A stretch of DNA of 64,000 nt. Source: Pseudomonadota bacterium. GTDB taxonomy: Bacteria > Bdellovibrionota_B > Oligoflexia > Oligoflexales > CAIMVM01. The stretch's first letter is position 1; each line of letters starts with the position of its first letter. The notes beneath the pieces were generated by a model. That model saw nothing but the letters and a program-made list of their open reading frames with translations, did no database searches and was not told where the DNA came from. A program made the position numbers and the translations under genes. The stretch is from contig JBAXBA010000003.1 in the NCBI GenBank assembly GCA_037142195.1, positions 1 to 64,000 on the forward strand, in the 5' to 3' direction. Positions 1 to 9,201 of this stretch are shown piece by piece.

Positions 1-156
1 GAAGCTCCCAAATAGGCCCCTTATGGTTATGCCATTTTTTATGAAGATTTTAGGTTGAATATCCGCCGTGGCTCCGGGATTCTCCCGACATCGAAAAGAA
101 CAAAAACAAATAATATCATGGCGTTAAGTTCTTGCTGGGATTGTATTTTATATTTT

Positions 157-771
157 TTAAGAGGGACTTAGAAAGCGCTTTCTGAGTACATCTGTAACTT
201 TAGCAACAGGAATCTTCTTATACTTAAGTAAAAGTAGGCTATGAAACAGCAAGTCAGCGCACTCCCCTATAAACTCTTCCACGGAACCTGCTACGGCACC
301 TAGGGCTACTTCTAGACCCTCTTCCCCGACTTTTTGAGCGAGACGCCTTTCACCTTGAGCTATGAGCTGTGAGGTATAGGAATCAGACTTGGGAGAGCTC
401 AAACGTGATTCCAAACGCTCAGATAAGTTCGCATACCAACCTAATCCTTTGAGTTGAGCTCGAGGGAAACAGCTTACAGTCCCTGCATGACATGTAGGGC
501 CTGCAGGAGTCACCTCAATGAGAAGGGAATCTTGATCACAGTCTAAAGTCATACTCTCAATATGAAGGATGTTTCCAGAGGTCTCACCTTTCGTCCAAAG
601 GGTGTTACGTGATCTGCTCCAAAACGTAACCTGCTTTAGGGCGATACTTCTTTCCACAGCCTCCCGGTTCATAAATCCGATCATCAAAACTTCTGAGGTT
701 TCTACATGTTGAATACAAGCGGGAATGAGGCCATTTAACTTTTGAAACTGAATTTTTTCCACGGGAATCAT
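157..771 (-). CDS. hisIE: Bifunctional phosphoribosyl-AMP cyclohydrolase / phosphoribosyl-ATP pyrophosphatase
   Basis: [21 protein letters not shown] and TCH (HisI) plus [10 protein letters not shown] and ADLLFH (HisE); 4-bp overlap with hisF. Confidence 0.97.
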   Translation of the reverse strand: MIPVEKIQFQKLNGLIPACIQHVETSEVLMIGFMNREAVERSIALKQVTFWSRSRNTLWTKGETSGNILHIESMTLDCDQDSLLIEVTPAGPTCHAGTVSCFPRAQLKGLGWYANLSERLESRLSSPKSDSYTSQLIAQGERRLAQKVGEEGLEVALGAVAGSVEEFIGECADLLFHSLLLLKYKKIPVAKVTDVLRKRFLSPS

Positions 772-1535
772 AGACGCATCTCCATTCCGTTACGAAATAG
801 TGCCTTCTTGAGCTCAGGAATGGAGATGGCGCCCCTATGAAAGACACTGGCCGCTAAAGCTCCGGTTACTAAAGTCTCATTAAATAACTCTATAAAATCC
901 TCCATAGATCCTGCCCCACCAGATGCAACCAAGGGAATACCTAGCTGACTTGCCAAAGTGGAAAGCTGTTTCAGGTCATAGCCTTGCCGCACTCCATCTT
1001 GATTCATACAGTTCAATACAATCTCGCCAGCTCCTCTTTTTTCGGCTTCGAGGGCCCAGTCCTTTGTCCTGCGCATGGTACTTCTCGTCTTCGAGGGATC
1101 TCCTGTGTATTGATACACAAAATAGTCCTCACCATTAAAGTAGGAATCTATGCTCACTACGATACTTTGTCGACCAAACCTCGAGCTCAGACGATCAATC
1201 AAATCGGGATTTTCTAGAGCCGGGGAGTTTATGGAAATTTTATCAGCTCCTGCTGAGAAAACGGATTCAGCGTCTTCAATCGTTCGAATCCCACCCGCCA
1301 CGCAAAAGGGTATTTGGATCACGCTAGCTACCCGTGAAATCCATGACCGGTCTACGGTGCGTTGGTCACTGCTAGCCGTTATATCATAGAAAACGAGCTC
1401 ATCGGCCCCCTCGTCAGAATATTTCTGAGCAAGATCTAGAATGTCACCGACTATGACTTGATCTCGAAATTTAACGCCCTTAACCACCTTTCCGTCCTTG
1501 ACATCTAGGCAAGGTATGATCCTCAGTTTAAGCAT
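768..1535 (-). CDS. hisF: Imidazole glycerol phosphate synthase cyclase subunit
   Basis: [32 protein letters not shown] motifs. Confidence 0.98.
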   Translation of the reverse strand: MLKLRIIPCLDVKDGKVVKGVKFRDQVIVGDILDLAQKYSDEGADELVFYDITASSDQRTVDRSWISRVASVIQIPFCVAGGIRTIEDAESVFSAGADKISINSPALENPDLIDRLSSRFGRQSIVVSIDSYFNGEDYFVYQYTGDPSKTRSTMRRTKDWALEAEKRGAGEIVLNCMNQDGVRQGYDLKQLSTLASQLGIPLVASGGAGSMEDFIELFNETLVTGALAASVFHRGAISIPELKKALFRNGMEMRL

Positions 1536-2248
1536 TCCAAAGTCTCCTTCAGGGAAATCTTTCCTTGATAGAACGCCTTACCCACAATAGCGGAACCAAA
1601 TCCCAACGCATTCAAACTGCGTAGATCCTCCAAAGTTGTTATCCCTCCTGACGCCTGTATGCGATTAGGAGCATGCCTTTTCACAAGATCTTGATAGAAT
1701 CCCATCGAGGGTCCGAAGCCCATTCCGTCTTTGCTGATATCTGTACAAAGAATCTCAACCTGGTCTGAAAATCTCTCCAGTACATCCCAGAGACTCCAAG
1801 GAGTCGCCTCTTGCCAACCTTTAATGGCAATCATGGGAAGACTACCGACGAGCCGAAAGTCTAAAGCTAATACTATTTTCTCAAACCCGTATTTAGATAT
1901 AAAACTCTGAGTCAAATCACTATCTAATAGCGCCAAGGACCCTAAAACAATTTTATCAACCCCCAAGTCGAACAAAGCTTCGATTTGTATCTGATTCCGA
2001 ATGCCTCCACCCACTTGAAGAGCACCTGGAAACGCCTGGCGTATCTGGGAGATGGCGGAATCTTGCTTCATTCCTTCTTCTCTCGCCCCATCTAAGTCGA
2101 CAACGTGAAGGGATCGAGCCCCTTCCCTATAGAATTCTTGGGCTTTAGCAGACGGGCTAAGATCGTAGATAGTTTGTCGGTTAAAGTCGCCTTGCTCCAG
2201 TCGTACACATTTTCCATTTTGCAAGTCGATACTTGGAATGATTTTCAT
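1523..2248 (-). CDS. hisA: ProFAR isomerase
   Basis: [38 protein letters not shown]. Confidence 0.97.
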   Translation of the reverse strand: MKIIPSIDLQNGKCVRLEQGDFNRQTIYDLSPSAKAQEFYREGARSLHVVDLDGAREEGMKQDSAISQIRQAFPGALQVGGGIRNQIQIEALFDLGVDKIVLGSLALLDSDLTQSFISKYGFEKIVLALDFRLVGSLPMIAIKGWQEATPWSLWDVLERFSDQVEILCTDISKDGMGFGPSMGFYQDLVKRHAPNRIQASGGITTLEDLRSLNALGFGSAIVGKAFYQGKISLKETLECLN

Positions 2249-2257
2249 ATGAATTGC

Positions 2258-2863
2258 CTACACCTTAATTTCTAGAAAGTTTTTAAGAATTTTGAGCCCA
2301 GATATGCCAGATTTCTCTGGGTGAAACTGGACGCCATAAAAATGATCTCTGCGTATGACTGCCGAAAAGGTCCCGAAATAATCCGCAATTCCTACACTAA
2401 AGGGCCTGACAATCTCAGCCGCAAAGGAATGGATAAAATAGAAGTTGTCGGAGGTGTCGATGCCTTTTAAAAGTGGCTCACCTTCCTCTAATTGAACTAA
2501 GTTGTTCCAACCCATATGGGGCAGAATTTTAGGTCCCTTAAGCTTTCGGACCTGAAGCGGAATGATTCCCAAACAGGAAGTATCATCTTCCTCCGAAGAG
2601 CTGCAAAGAAGTTGCTGGCCCAGACATATGCCAAGAACGGGCCTTGGTTGATTCTTTAAAAAATCTGTGGCCTGCAGTAGCTTGAGTTGGTCCATGGCTA
2701 GGCCCGCGGAACCAACTCCTGGGAGAATGATGGCATCTGACTTCTGAAGGTCTCCTAGAGATTTGGTTACGAAAGGTGTGCATCCTAGTCTCGCCAGTGC
2801 ATGAAAAACGGACGAATAATTAGCTCCCCCAGACTCAAAAATTGCTACTTTTTTCGATTTCAT
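2258..2863 (-). CDS. hisH: Imidazole glycerol phosphate synthase glutaminase subunit
   Basis: LPGVG, GICLGQQ, PHMGWN, QFHPEKS. Confidence 0.97.
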   Translation of the reverse strand: MKSKKVAIFESGGANYSSVFHALARLGCTPFVTKSLGDLQKSDAIILPGVGSAGLAMDQLKLLQATDFLKNQPRPVLGICLGQQLLCSSSEEDDTSCLGIIPLQVRKLKGPKILPHMGWNNLVQLEEGEPLLKGIDTSDNFYFIHSFAAEIVRPFSVGIADYFGTFSAVIRRDHFYGVQFHPEKSGISGLKILKNFLEIKV

Positions 2864-4512
2864 AACAAACCTTTTGTGGTCGGCAAATATTGGTTTTTTT
2901 GAATTGATTCTTTGATTGCAACCGCTTGCTTCAAAGATCTCCCAAAACCTTTAAAAATACATTCCGCCATATGGTGAGAGTTTTTTCCTACAGTTTTGAT
3001 ATGTATTCCAGCACCTAAACTGACACTCAAAGTCTCAAAGAAGTGCGAGATCATCTCGGTCGGGAAATCGCCTATTCTTTCGGAAGGAAACGAACAGTCA
3101 AAAGCAAAGGCAGCACGACCGCTGAGATCAAGACTAAGGTTTGTCTGAGACTCATCCATCGACAAAAGAAAACCATACCTTTCAATTCCTCGTTTTTTAC
3201 CAAGTGCTGCTTTCAAGGACTCTCCTAGAACAATCGCCACATCTTCAACCGTGTGATGGACATCTACGCCCAAGTCTCCTTGCGCATTTAAGCTAAGCGA
3301 AATGCCACTGTGGACTGCCAATTGCTCCAACATGTGATCAAAGAAGAGAATTCCAGTTGAGATCAAATTACTTTTCTCCGAGTCGAAAATAACTTCACAA
3401 AAGATTTCTGTTTCATTAGTTTTTCTCGACTTCAAACCACGACGCTGCGGCGTTTTCAGATCTCTCGACTTGATTTGGAGAGCAGCAAGAAGGAGTTCAT
3501 TGTCCTGACTTCTCCCTATAGACACGCGAAGGGAGTTGGGAACCTCCTCATTGCGGTCTCGCACGACCAATCCTGACTCCTTCAGCTCTCTGTAGATCTG
3601 CTTGGAATGGGGTGAAGTGAATAGAATAAAATTTGCTTGACTCGGAAACACCTTCTCAATTCTTGGTGAACTCATTAAACTTTGGAACAAGAGTTCCCGT
3701 TCTATCCTATTCGCTTCCACGCGACGCTTGAGATAGAACATGCCGACTGGAGACAAAACTTCTAGCGCTTTGGCGGCACAAATCGTAGGAATCGGATAGG
3801 GAGGAAGCACTTTTTTTAGCAGCTTGATGATCTCCTCACCAGCAATCAGAGATCCAAGCCTAAGACCTGCCAATCCATAGGCTTTAGATAGTGTCCTCAT
3901 GACCACAAGATTGGGGCATTCTGCAAGTAGAGACGTCGCGGAGTCTTCATCACAAAACTCAATATAGGCTTCATCCACGACAACTAGAGATTCTTCATCT
4001 CTGGCTGTACAGAGATTTTTCAAAGTCTCTAAGGAGGTCATCGAGCCAGTAGGATTATTGGGGCGACAAATAAAGATCAGTTTTACCGAAGTAAGCTCAC
4101 AAAAGGACTTCCAGTTCAAATTGAACTCACTACATTGTGGAATTTCTATAGATTCTACTGCATTAAAATTGGCAGCAACTTTATAGTAACTATAGGTAGG
4201 GGGCGCAAATGCAATCGCATCCAAGCCAGGCCGACAAAAACTCCTTATAAGCAAATCAATTCCCTCATCTATTCCTCGAGTCATGAGAAGCTGATTGCTT
4301 TCTACTCCGTAAATTTCACAGAGACGCCGCTTTAGACCTTCAGGCTGCGGTTCGGGATAGCGATGAAGACGTGAAACCTGTTCCCCGTACGGAGGCTCAG
4401 GACTTTCATTTGCGTCAAGAAGAATGAGATCTAAATTCTGGTTTTCATTTCGAGCTGAGCTATAAGCCTTTGTGCTCAAAACCTCAGGTCGTACAAGTTT
4501 CTCTAGCCACAT
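2860..4512 (-). CDS. hisC-hisB: Fusion of histidinol-phosphate aminotransferase (HisC) and imidazoleglycerol-phosphate dehydratase (HisB/IGPD)
   Basis: N-terminal ~350 aa has LDANE, PNNPTG, VDEAY and RTLSK (PLP Lys); C-terminal ~195 aa has RKTNET, FFDHML, DVHHTVED and NSHHMAE; one uninterrupted ORF. Confidence 0.93.
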   Translation of the reverse strand: MWLEKLVRPEVLSTKAYSSARNENQNLDLILLDANESPEPPYGEQVSRLHRYPEPQPEGLKRRLCEIYGVESNQLLMTRGIDEGIDLLIRSFCRPGLDAIAFAPPTYSYYKVAANFNAVESIEIPQCSEFNLNWKSFCELTSVKLIFICRPNNPTGSMTSLETLKNLCTARDEESLVVVDEAYIEFCDEDSATSLLAECPNLVVMRTLSKAYGLAGLRLGSLIAGEEIIKLLKKVLPPYPIPTICAAKALEVLSPVGMFYLKRRVEANRIERELLFQSLMSSPRIEKVFPSQANFILFTSPHSKQIYRELKESGLVVRDRNEEVPNSLRVSIGRSQDNELLLAALQIKSRDLKTPQRRGLKSRKTNETEIFCEVIFDSEKSNLISTGILFFDHMLEQLAVHSGISLSLNAQGDLGVDVHHTVEDVAIVLGESLKAALGKKRGIERYGFLLSMDESQTNLSLDLSGRAAFAFDCSFPSERIGDFPTEMISHFFETLSVSLGAGIHIKTVGKNSHHMAECIFKGFGRSLKQAVAIKESIQKNQYLPTTKGLL

Positions 4513-5900
4513 ATAATGGATTCCTCCTGACTTCTATTGGGCTTCATCTGCTCTAAGGCCTTGCTACGTATCGAAATGGAAGCCTGATGGCCGTCAAGTC
4601 TCTCCAAACCACCGATAATGTGAGCTGTTCTAGCCAAATTCGGAAATCCCATTTCTTCAATATGTTGAAACGTGGTAGACTTCATAAAGCTCTCGACACC
4701 AAGCCCCCCAAAAGTTCGGGCATACCCTGCTGTAGGCAGCACATGATTAGGGCCACTCACAAAATCACCTAGCGCTTCAGCGGACCATGGCCCAATGAAA
4801 ACGGAACCGGCATTTTTAACTTGTTTTGATAGCTCCATGGCGTCTTTCGTGTGAAGGATCAAGTGCTCCGGTGCATAAACGTTTGAAATTTGAATCGCTT
4901 CCTTATAATCTTCAGCTAGTATCCACTGGATACTAGACACAGACGCTGCCAATATTGACTTTCGTGACAACTTTGGAGCTTGCTGGTTTACAGCGGTCTG
5001 TACCGCGAGAATGATTTCCTCACTCGTACTGACAAGTACACATCTCGCCTTAGGATCATGCTCAGCTTGAGCCAAAAGGTCTGATGCTATAAATTCAGGA
5101 TTTGCGTCATCATCGGCTATCACCAAAACTTCAGAAGGTCCGGCAGGCATATCGATAGGGCACCCTCTAGGGTCAAGACTCACCTGCCTTTTCGCTTCCG
5201 TTACAAAGGAATTTCCAGGACCAAATATTTTTAAAACTTTTTTAATCGATTTCGTGCCATAGGCCATGGCAGCTATTGCCTGGGCCCCTCCCAGTAGGTA
5301 TATTTCTGAAATCCCACAAAGCCTTGCCGCAAATTGGATTGCTGGATCTAGCTTCCCATCCATGTTCGGTGGTGTGACTAAAACAATTTCCTGGCATCCG
5401 GCTATAGTGGCAGGACAAGCCAACATAAGAAGTGTCGAAACCAAAGGAGCATTCCCAGCAGGTACATAGAGACCCACCCGATCGATGCTTAAGAAATCTC
5501 TCCAAAGGGTATACCCTGGTCTTTCCAATTTCATTCTCTGCGGCTTTTGAAGCTGATGGAAGGATGCAATCTGATCAAAAGCAATTTGTAGCGCTTCTTT
5601 TTCATCCGCCTTTAGTTCTTCCTCGCTGGAGAAATCCAAAGAATCCAGCTTAAACTCCCGGATGTCCCTACCTTCAAACTTTTTGGTGTAATACCTTAAA
5701 GCGTCATCACCTCTTCTTTTGACATCCTCCAGGACCGCTTTGACCGTCTCTGAAAGACCGACACCTTCCATTTCGACTTCTGATAAGGCTCTGCTCCCTG
5801 AAAGAATCTCAAGTCTTTCTACTTCCGACATCTCATTCCATTTACAAACCTTCAAATTGCACCTCTGCCTAGAGAAGAGTCTCACTCTCATTTTAATCAA
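4503..5900 (-). CDS. hisD: Histidinol dehydrogenase (true start may be a few codons downstream)
   Basis: GLYVP, GGAQAIAA, GPGN, DMPAGPSE, AQAEHD, APEHL, GPNHVLPT. Confidence 0.98.
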   Translation of the reverse strand: MIKMRVRLFSRQRCNLKVCKWNEMSEVERLEILSGSRALSEVEMEGVGLSETVKAVLEDVKRRGDDALRYYTKKFEGRDIREFKLDSLDFSSEEELKADEKEALQIAFDQIASFHQLQKPQRMKLERPGYTLWRDFLSIDRVGLYVPAGNAPLVSTLLMLACPATIAGCQEIVLVTPPNMDGKLDPAIQFAARLCGISEIYLLGGAQAIAAMAYGTKSIKKVLKIFGPGNSFVTEAKRQVSLDPRGCPIDMPAGPSEVLVIADDDANPEFIASDLLAQAEHDPKARCVLVSTSEEIILAVQTAVNQQAPKLSRKSILAASVSSIQWILAEDYKEAIQISNVYAPEHLILHTKDAMELSKQVKNAGSVFIGPWSAEALGDFVSGPNHVLPTAGYARTFGGLGVESFMKSTTFQHIEEMGFPNLARTAHIIGGLERLDGHQASISIRSKALEQMKPNRSQEESIICG

Positions 5901-5931
5901 ACCAAGACTTGTTCCATTTCCGATGCCAAAA

Positions 5932-6831
5932 TCAAGAAATCATTTTATCAATTGGCATCACCAAGATAGAACTAGCTCCTATCCGTTTCAGATTCTCAAC
6001 GGTTTCCCAGAAGACGTCCTCTTGACTCACGACGTGAACTGCTACCTTATTCGGGAAGCCTTTTAAATCGAGAACGGTGGGCGTTTCACACCCTGGAAGG
6101 ATTCCTTCTAAATGATCTATCTTGTCTCGTTCTAAGTGCAACATGATGTATTTACTTTTAGAAGCTGCCTGAACCCCTTTGATTCTAAGCACAAGTTTTT
6201 CCAAAAGATCAGACTTATAGGAATTGAGCGGACTCTTAGATTGCACCAAAACCGCTTCACTTTGGCTTATAGTTAAAATTTCTTTGAGTGCATTTTCATA
6301 TAAAGTAGCTCCACTTGAGACCAAGTCACATATCAAGTCTGCAACTCCAATATGACAAGCTAGCTCTACCGATCCGTGCATGGTTACAACGTGGGCTTCA
6401 ATATTACTCTCCTTAAGAAAGCTTCTTAAGGTGTTCGGATAGGACGTGGCAATTACCTTCCCATTAAGATCGCTTGGCTTATTGTAGGCAAATTCTTTCG
6501 GAGCAGCTAGGCTAAGTCGACACTTTGAGAAGCCTAGGGGCAATATAGTCTCAAGCTTGGAAACTTGAATTTCTGACCTACCCGTGTACTCCCTGAGAAG
6601 ATTTTGACCAAAAATACCGATATCACAGACACCACTTTCAATCATCCCAGGAATGTCGTCATCCCGCACAAAGAGAAACTCAATTCCAAAGGAATCATCG
6701 CATGTGACGAGCTGATTTGAGCGTGATTTTACCTTAATCCCACACTTTGTCAGCAGCTGATCGCTACCATCTGCAAGTCTCCCTGCCTTTTGAAGCGCAA
6801 TTCGAAGTACGCCTTTTCTATTCTCCTCCAT
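5932..6831 (-). CDS. hisG: ATP phosphoribosyltransferase, long form
   Basis: LRIALQKAGRL, RDDDIP, IATSYP, GSVE, DLVSSGATL plus C-terminal regulatory domain; start placed at MEENRK. Confidence 0.97.
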   Translation of the reverse strand: MEENRKGVLRIALQKAGRLADGSDQLLTKCGIKVKSRSNQLVTCDDSFGIEFLFVRDDDIPGMIESGVCDIGIFGQNLLREYTGRSEIQVSKLETILPLGFSKCRLSLAAPKEFAYNKPSDLNGKVIATSYPNTLRSFLKESNIEAHVVTMHGSVELACHIGVADLICDLVSSGATLYENALKEILTISQSEAVLVQSKSPLNSYKSDLLEKLVLRIKGVQAASKSKYIMLHLERDKIDHLEGILPGCETPTVLDLKGFPNKVAVHVVSQEDVFWETVENLKRIGASSILVMPIDKMIS

Positions 6832-6877
6832 ATCTTCCACCTTGCGCTTTCTGTTCCACATGTTAAGTTCAAAGCCC

Positions 6878-6909
6878 GTGCTAGTGTGATACTATACTAG
6901 TATAGCAGT
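6878..6909. promoter_or_regulatory. Putative operator in the hisG/hisN divergent region
   Basis: Perfect 14-bp palindrome CTATACTAGTATAG (6892-6905) inside an 8-bp-periodic run GTGCTAGT GTGATACT ATACTAGT ATAGCAGT. Confidence 0.5.
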
Positions 6910-6939
6910 ATTTGTGCAACTCTTTATTTAGGCTTCAAA

Positions 6940-7716
6940 ATGGACACCAAAATTTTAGTATTCGCTAACAATATAGCTGATTTAGCACGTTCGATCGCAA
7001 TCGAAAGCTTCAGGTCAGAGCTTGTCTTAAAACGCAAATCTGACACGTCTCCTGTTTCAAATATTGACCTCGCCATAGAAACCAAACTCTTTCAATTGAT
7101 CTCCTCTAGATTTCCAAAACACGGATTTATGGGCGAGGAACTTGGCGAATTCAACAAGGAATCTGCCTATCAATGGGTCATTGATCCCATCGATGGAACT
7201 TCAAGCTTTATCGCTGGTAAGCCTACTTTTTCCATTTTAATTAGCTTGCTCTATGAGGGAAACCCCATTCTAGGCATCATCGATCAGCCCATTACAGGTG
7301 AGCGATGGGTAGGCCAAAAAGGGAAGAAAACAGAGTTCAACTCAAGGCCATGCGCCATCAAGTCCATAGAAGAGCCCTTTCTTCGACTAGCGTGCACAAC
7401 TCCATTTATGTTCAAGGACAGCGAATTCAAGATTTTCAAGAAGATTTCAAGCTTAGCGTCTTCCATTTCATTCGGTGGAGATGCCTATAACTATGGATTG
7501 CTGGCATTGGGGCACATGGAAATCATCTTGGAGGCAGATTTGAAGTACTATGACGTCGCCGCGCTGATCCCGGTTGTAGAGGGATCCGGAGGCGTCATTA
7601 CGAATTGGCAGGGAGATTTGATTCGCAAAGACTCGTTTGATGGTAGAGTCTTGGCTACAAGCCACAGAACTCTTCATAATTCTATTTTGACGCAAATTGA
7701 TTCCTGCATTTTGTAA
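6940..7716 (+). CDS. hisN: Histidinol-phosphate phosphatase, inositol monophosphatase family
   Basis: GEE, WVIDPIDGTSSF, GGDAYNY, YDVAALIPVVEGSGG; divergent from the his operon, which lacks a phosphatase domain. Confidence 0.85.
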   Translation: MDTKILVFANNIADLARSIAIESFRSELVLKRKSDTSPVSNIDLAIETKLFQLISSRFPKHGFMGEELGEFNKESAYQWVIDPIDGTSSFIAGKPTFSILISLLYEGNPILGIIDQPITGERWVGQKGKKTEFNSRPCAIKSIEEPFLRLACTTPFMFKDSEFKIFKKISSLASSISFGGDAYNYGLLALGHMEIILEADLKYYDVAALIPVVEGSGGVITNWQGDLIRKDSFDGRVLATSHRTLHNSILTQIDSCIL

Positions 7717-7891
7717 ACTCTATTTAACATATCGCGACCTTCTCAAGGGGGTCGGCAGACCTTAAGACGAAATGAATCTCATTTGTGAAATTTCTTCTAA
7801 AATATCCTTGAAAATCTTTTGTACGGCAATTGCACATCTGCATTATAATGTTTCCAAGGAACATGGAAACAGGAAGCTGACGGAGAGAGTT

Positions 7892-8965
7892 ATGATCTAC
7901 AAAAAAAAGACAACCTGCCCTCATTGTCATAAAGATTTGCCTGAATTCGGCCTGACTGCTTTACTGTCGATCAATCGATGCCAAGAATGTAATCTTGCTT
8001 GGTTTGATAGAGGAGAATTAAGTTCCTGGTTTCAACGGGACGAATTAGAATTGATTGCCTCTGCCCGGGGGGACCTTAATGAAAATAGCGAACAGATCTC
8101 AAATATTGCAAAGCACCCACCAGGCTATACTTGCCCCCGCTGTGACAAAGGACTTGCTTTATTCCCAGTCCCCTTAAAAGACCAGACTATCTATAGATGC
8201 CTAGCTTGCCTTGGCCATCTCATTACCATGGACGGTCTACAACGATTGAAGGCCTGCAAAGCCACTTATTCAAAGCCGCTAGAGCGACCTCTAACACCTG
8301 AAAGAAAGCTGGATCTGAATCCCATTTTAGATTTGCGCGAGCACGGCCACATATTGATCAAACAGAGGCGAGAGATTGTTGAATTCATGGGGATTGAAAC
8401 TCGCAATAAGTACGACATCTACGGAACCAACTCGAAAGCAATTGCTTTTGTCGAGGAACAAGGAAAGAGCGCATTGAGTATAATTTTTCGAAATATCTTT
8501 GGACATTGGAGGGAGTTTCAATTTCATATTTTCTCTCCAGACGGGACGCCTCTACTTATTGTAAATCATCCCTTCAAACTTTTTATGCCCAGACTTGAAT
8601 TACGCACTTTTGACGGAAGAGAAATCGGCTCTGTCAATCAAAAAATCAGCCTTCTTTCAAAGAAATTTACTCTTTCCACTCTCGAAAATCCGGAAGACCT
8701 TACAATGGATTCCCCATTGTGGCGACCCTGGCAGTTTACGTTCTACCGAAAAAAAAAGGAAGTCGCGTTGCTTCAAAAGAAATTCAGTGGTTTGTTTCAT
8801 GAGATTTTCACAGATAAAGACAACTTTGCCCTATCCTTCTATGACACTCAACTTACCCAAGAAGAAAGGCTACTTATTTTAGCTTCCGCACTTTTGATTG
8901 ATATTACTTCTTTTGAAAACAACGAAGGCTTTCGGCTCGGCCGAAAGAAATTCGGATGGCAATGA
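7892..8965 (+). CDS. Tandem zf-TFIIB-like Zn-ribbons fused to a phospholipid scramblase/tubby-like domain
   Basis: CPHC..CQEC.AWFDRGEL and CPRC..CLAC; C-terminal KQRREIVEFMGIETRNKYDIY...TDKDNF resembles bacterial scramblases; start moved to MIYKK. Confidence 0.7.
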   Translation: MIYKKKTTCPHCHKDLPEFGLTALLSINRCQECNLAWFDRGELSSWFQRDELELIASARGDLNENSEQISNIAKHPPGYTCPRCDKGLALFPVPLKDQTIYRCLACLGHLITMDGLQRLKACKATYSKPLERPLTPERKLDLNPILDLREHGHILIKQRREIVEFMGIETRNKYDIYGTNSKAIAFVEEQGKSALSIIFRNIFGHWREFQFHIFSPDGTPLLIVNHPFKLFMPRLELRTFDGREIGSVNQKISLLSKKFTLSTLENPEDLTMDSPLWRPWQFTFYRKKKEVALLQKKFSGLFHEIFTDKDNFALSFYDTQLTQEERLLILASALLIDITSFENNEGFRLGRKKFGWQ

Positions 8966-9201
8966 GGTGCTAAGAGTTCCCCATGGGCCCTTGACACATG
9001 AACTAAGCTGCGGAGCTTCGACCTGCAGCCTACCTTCTAGCAATTGCTACAATTTACTATCGGAATTTTTCAAAATTGGATAAAATTCCATCTCTACCTC
9101 TTTTATTGAAAAGATTTCCGACCTCTTGAAATAGAGGTTTACAAGTGTCAGCACCTTTTAAGGCATCAGCCATTATGCAGTGGTCAACATGAGGAGCCGA
9201 C

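Noticed and set aside
6832..6939. His leader peptide/attenuator
   Set aside because: No run of His codons and no terminator hairpin upstream of hisG
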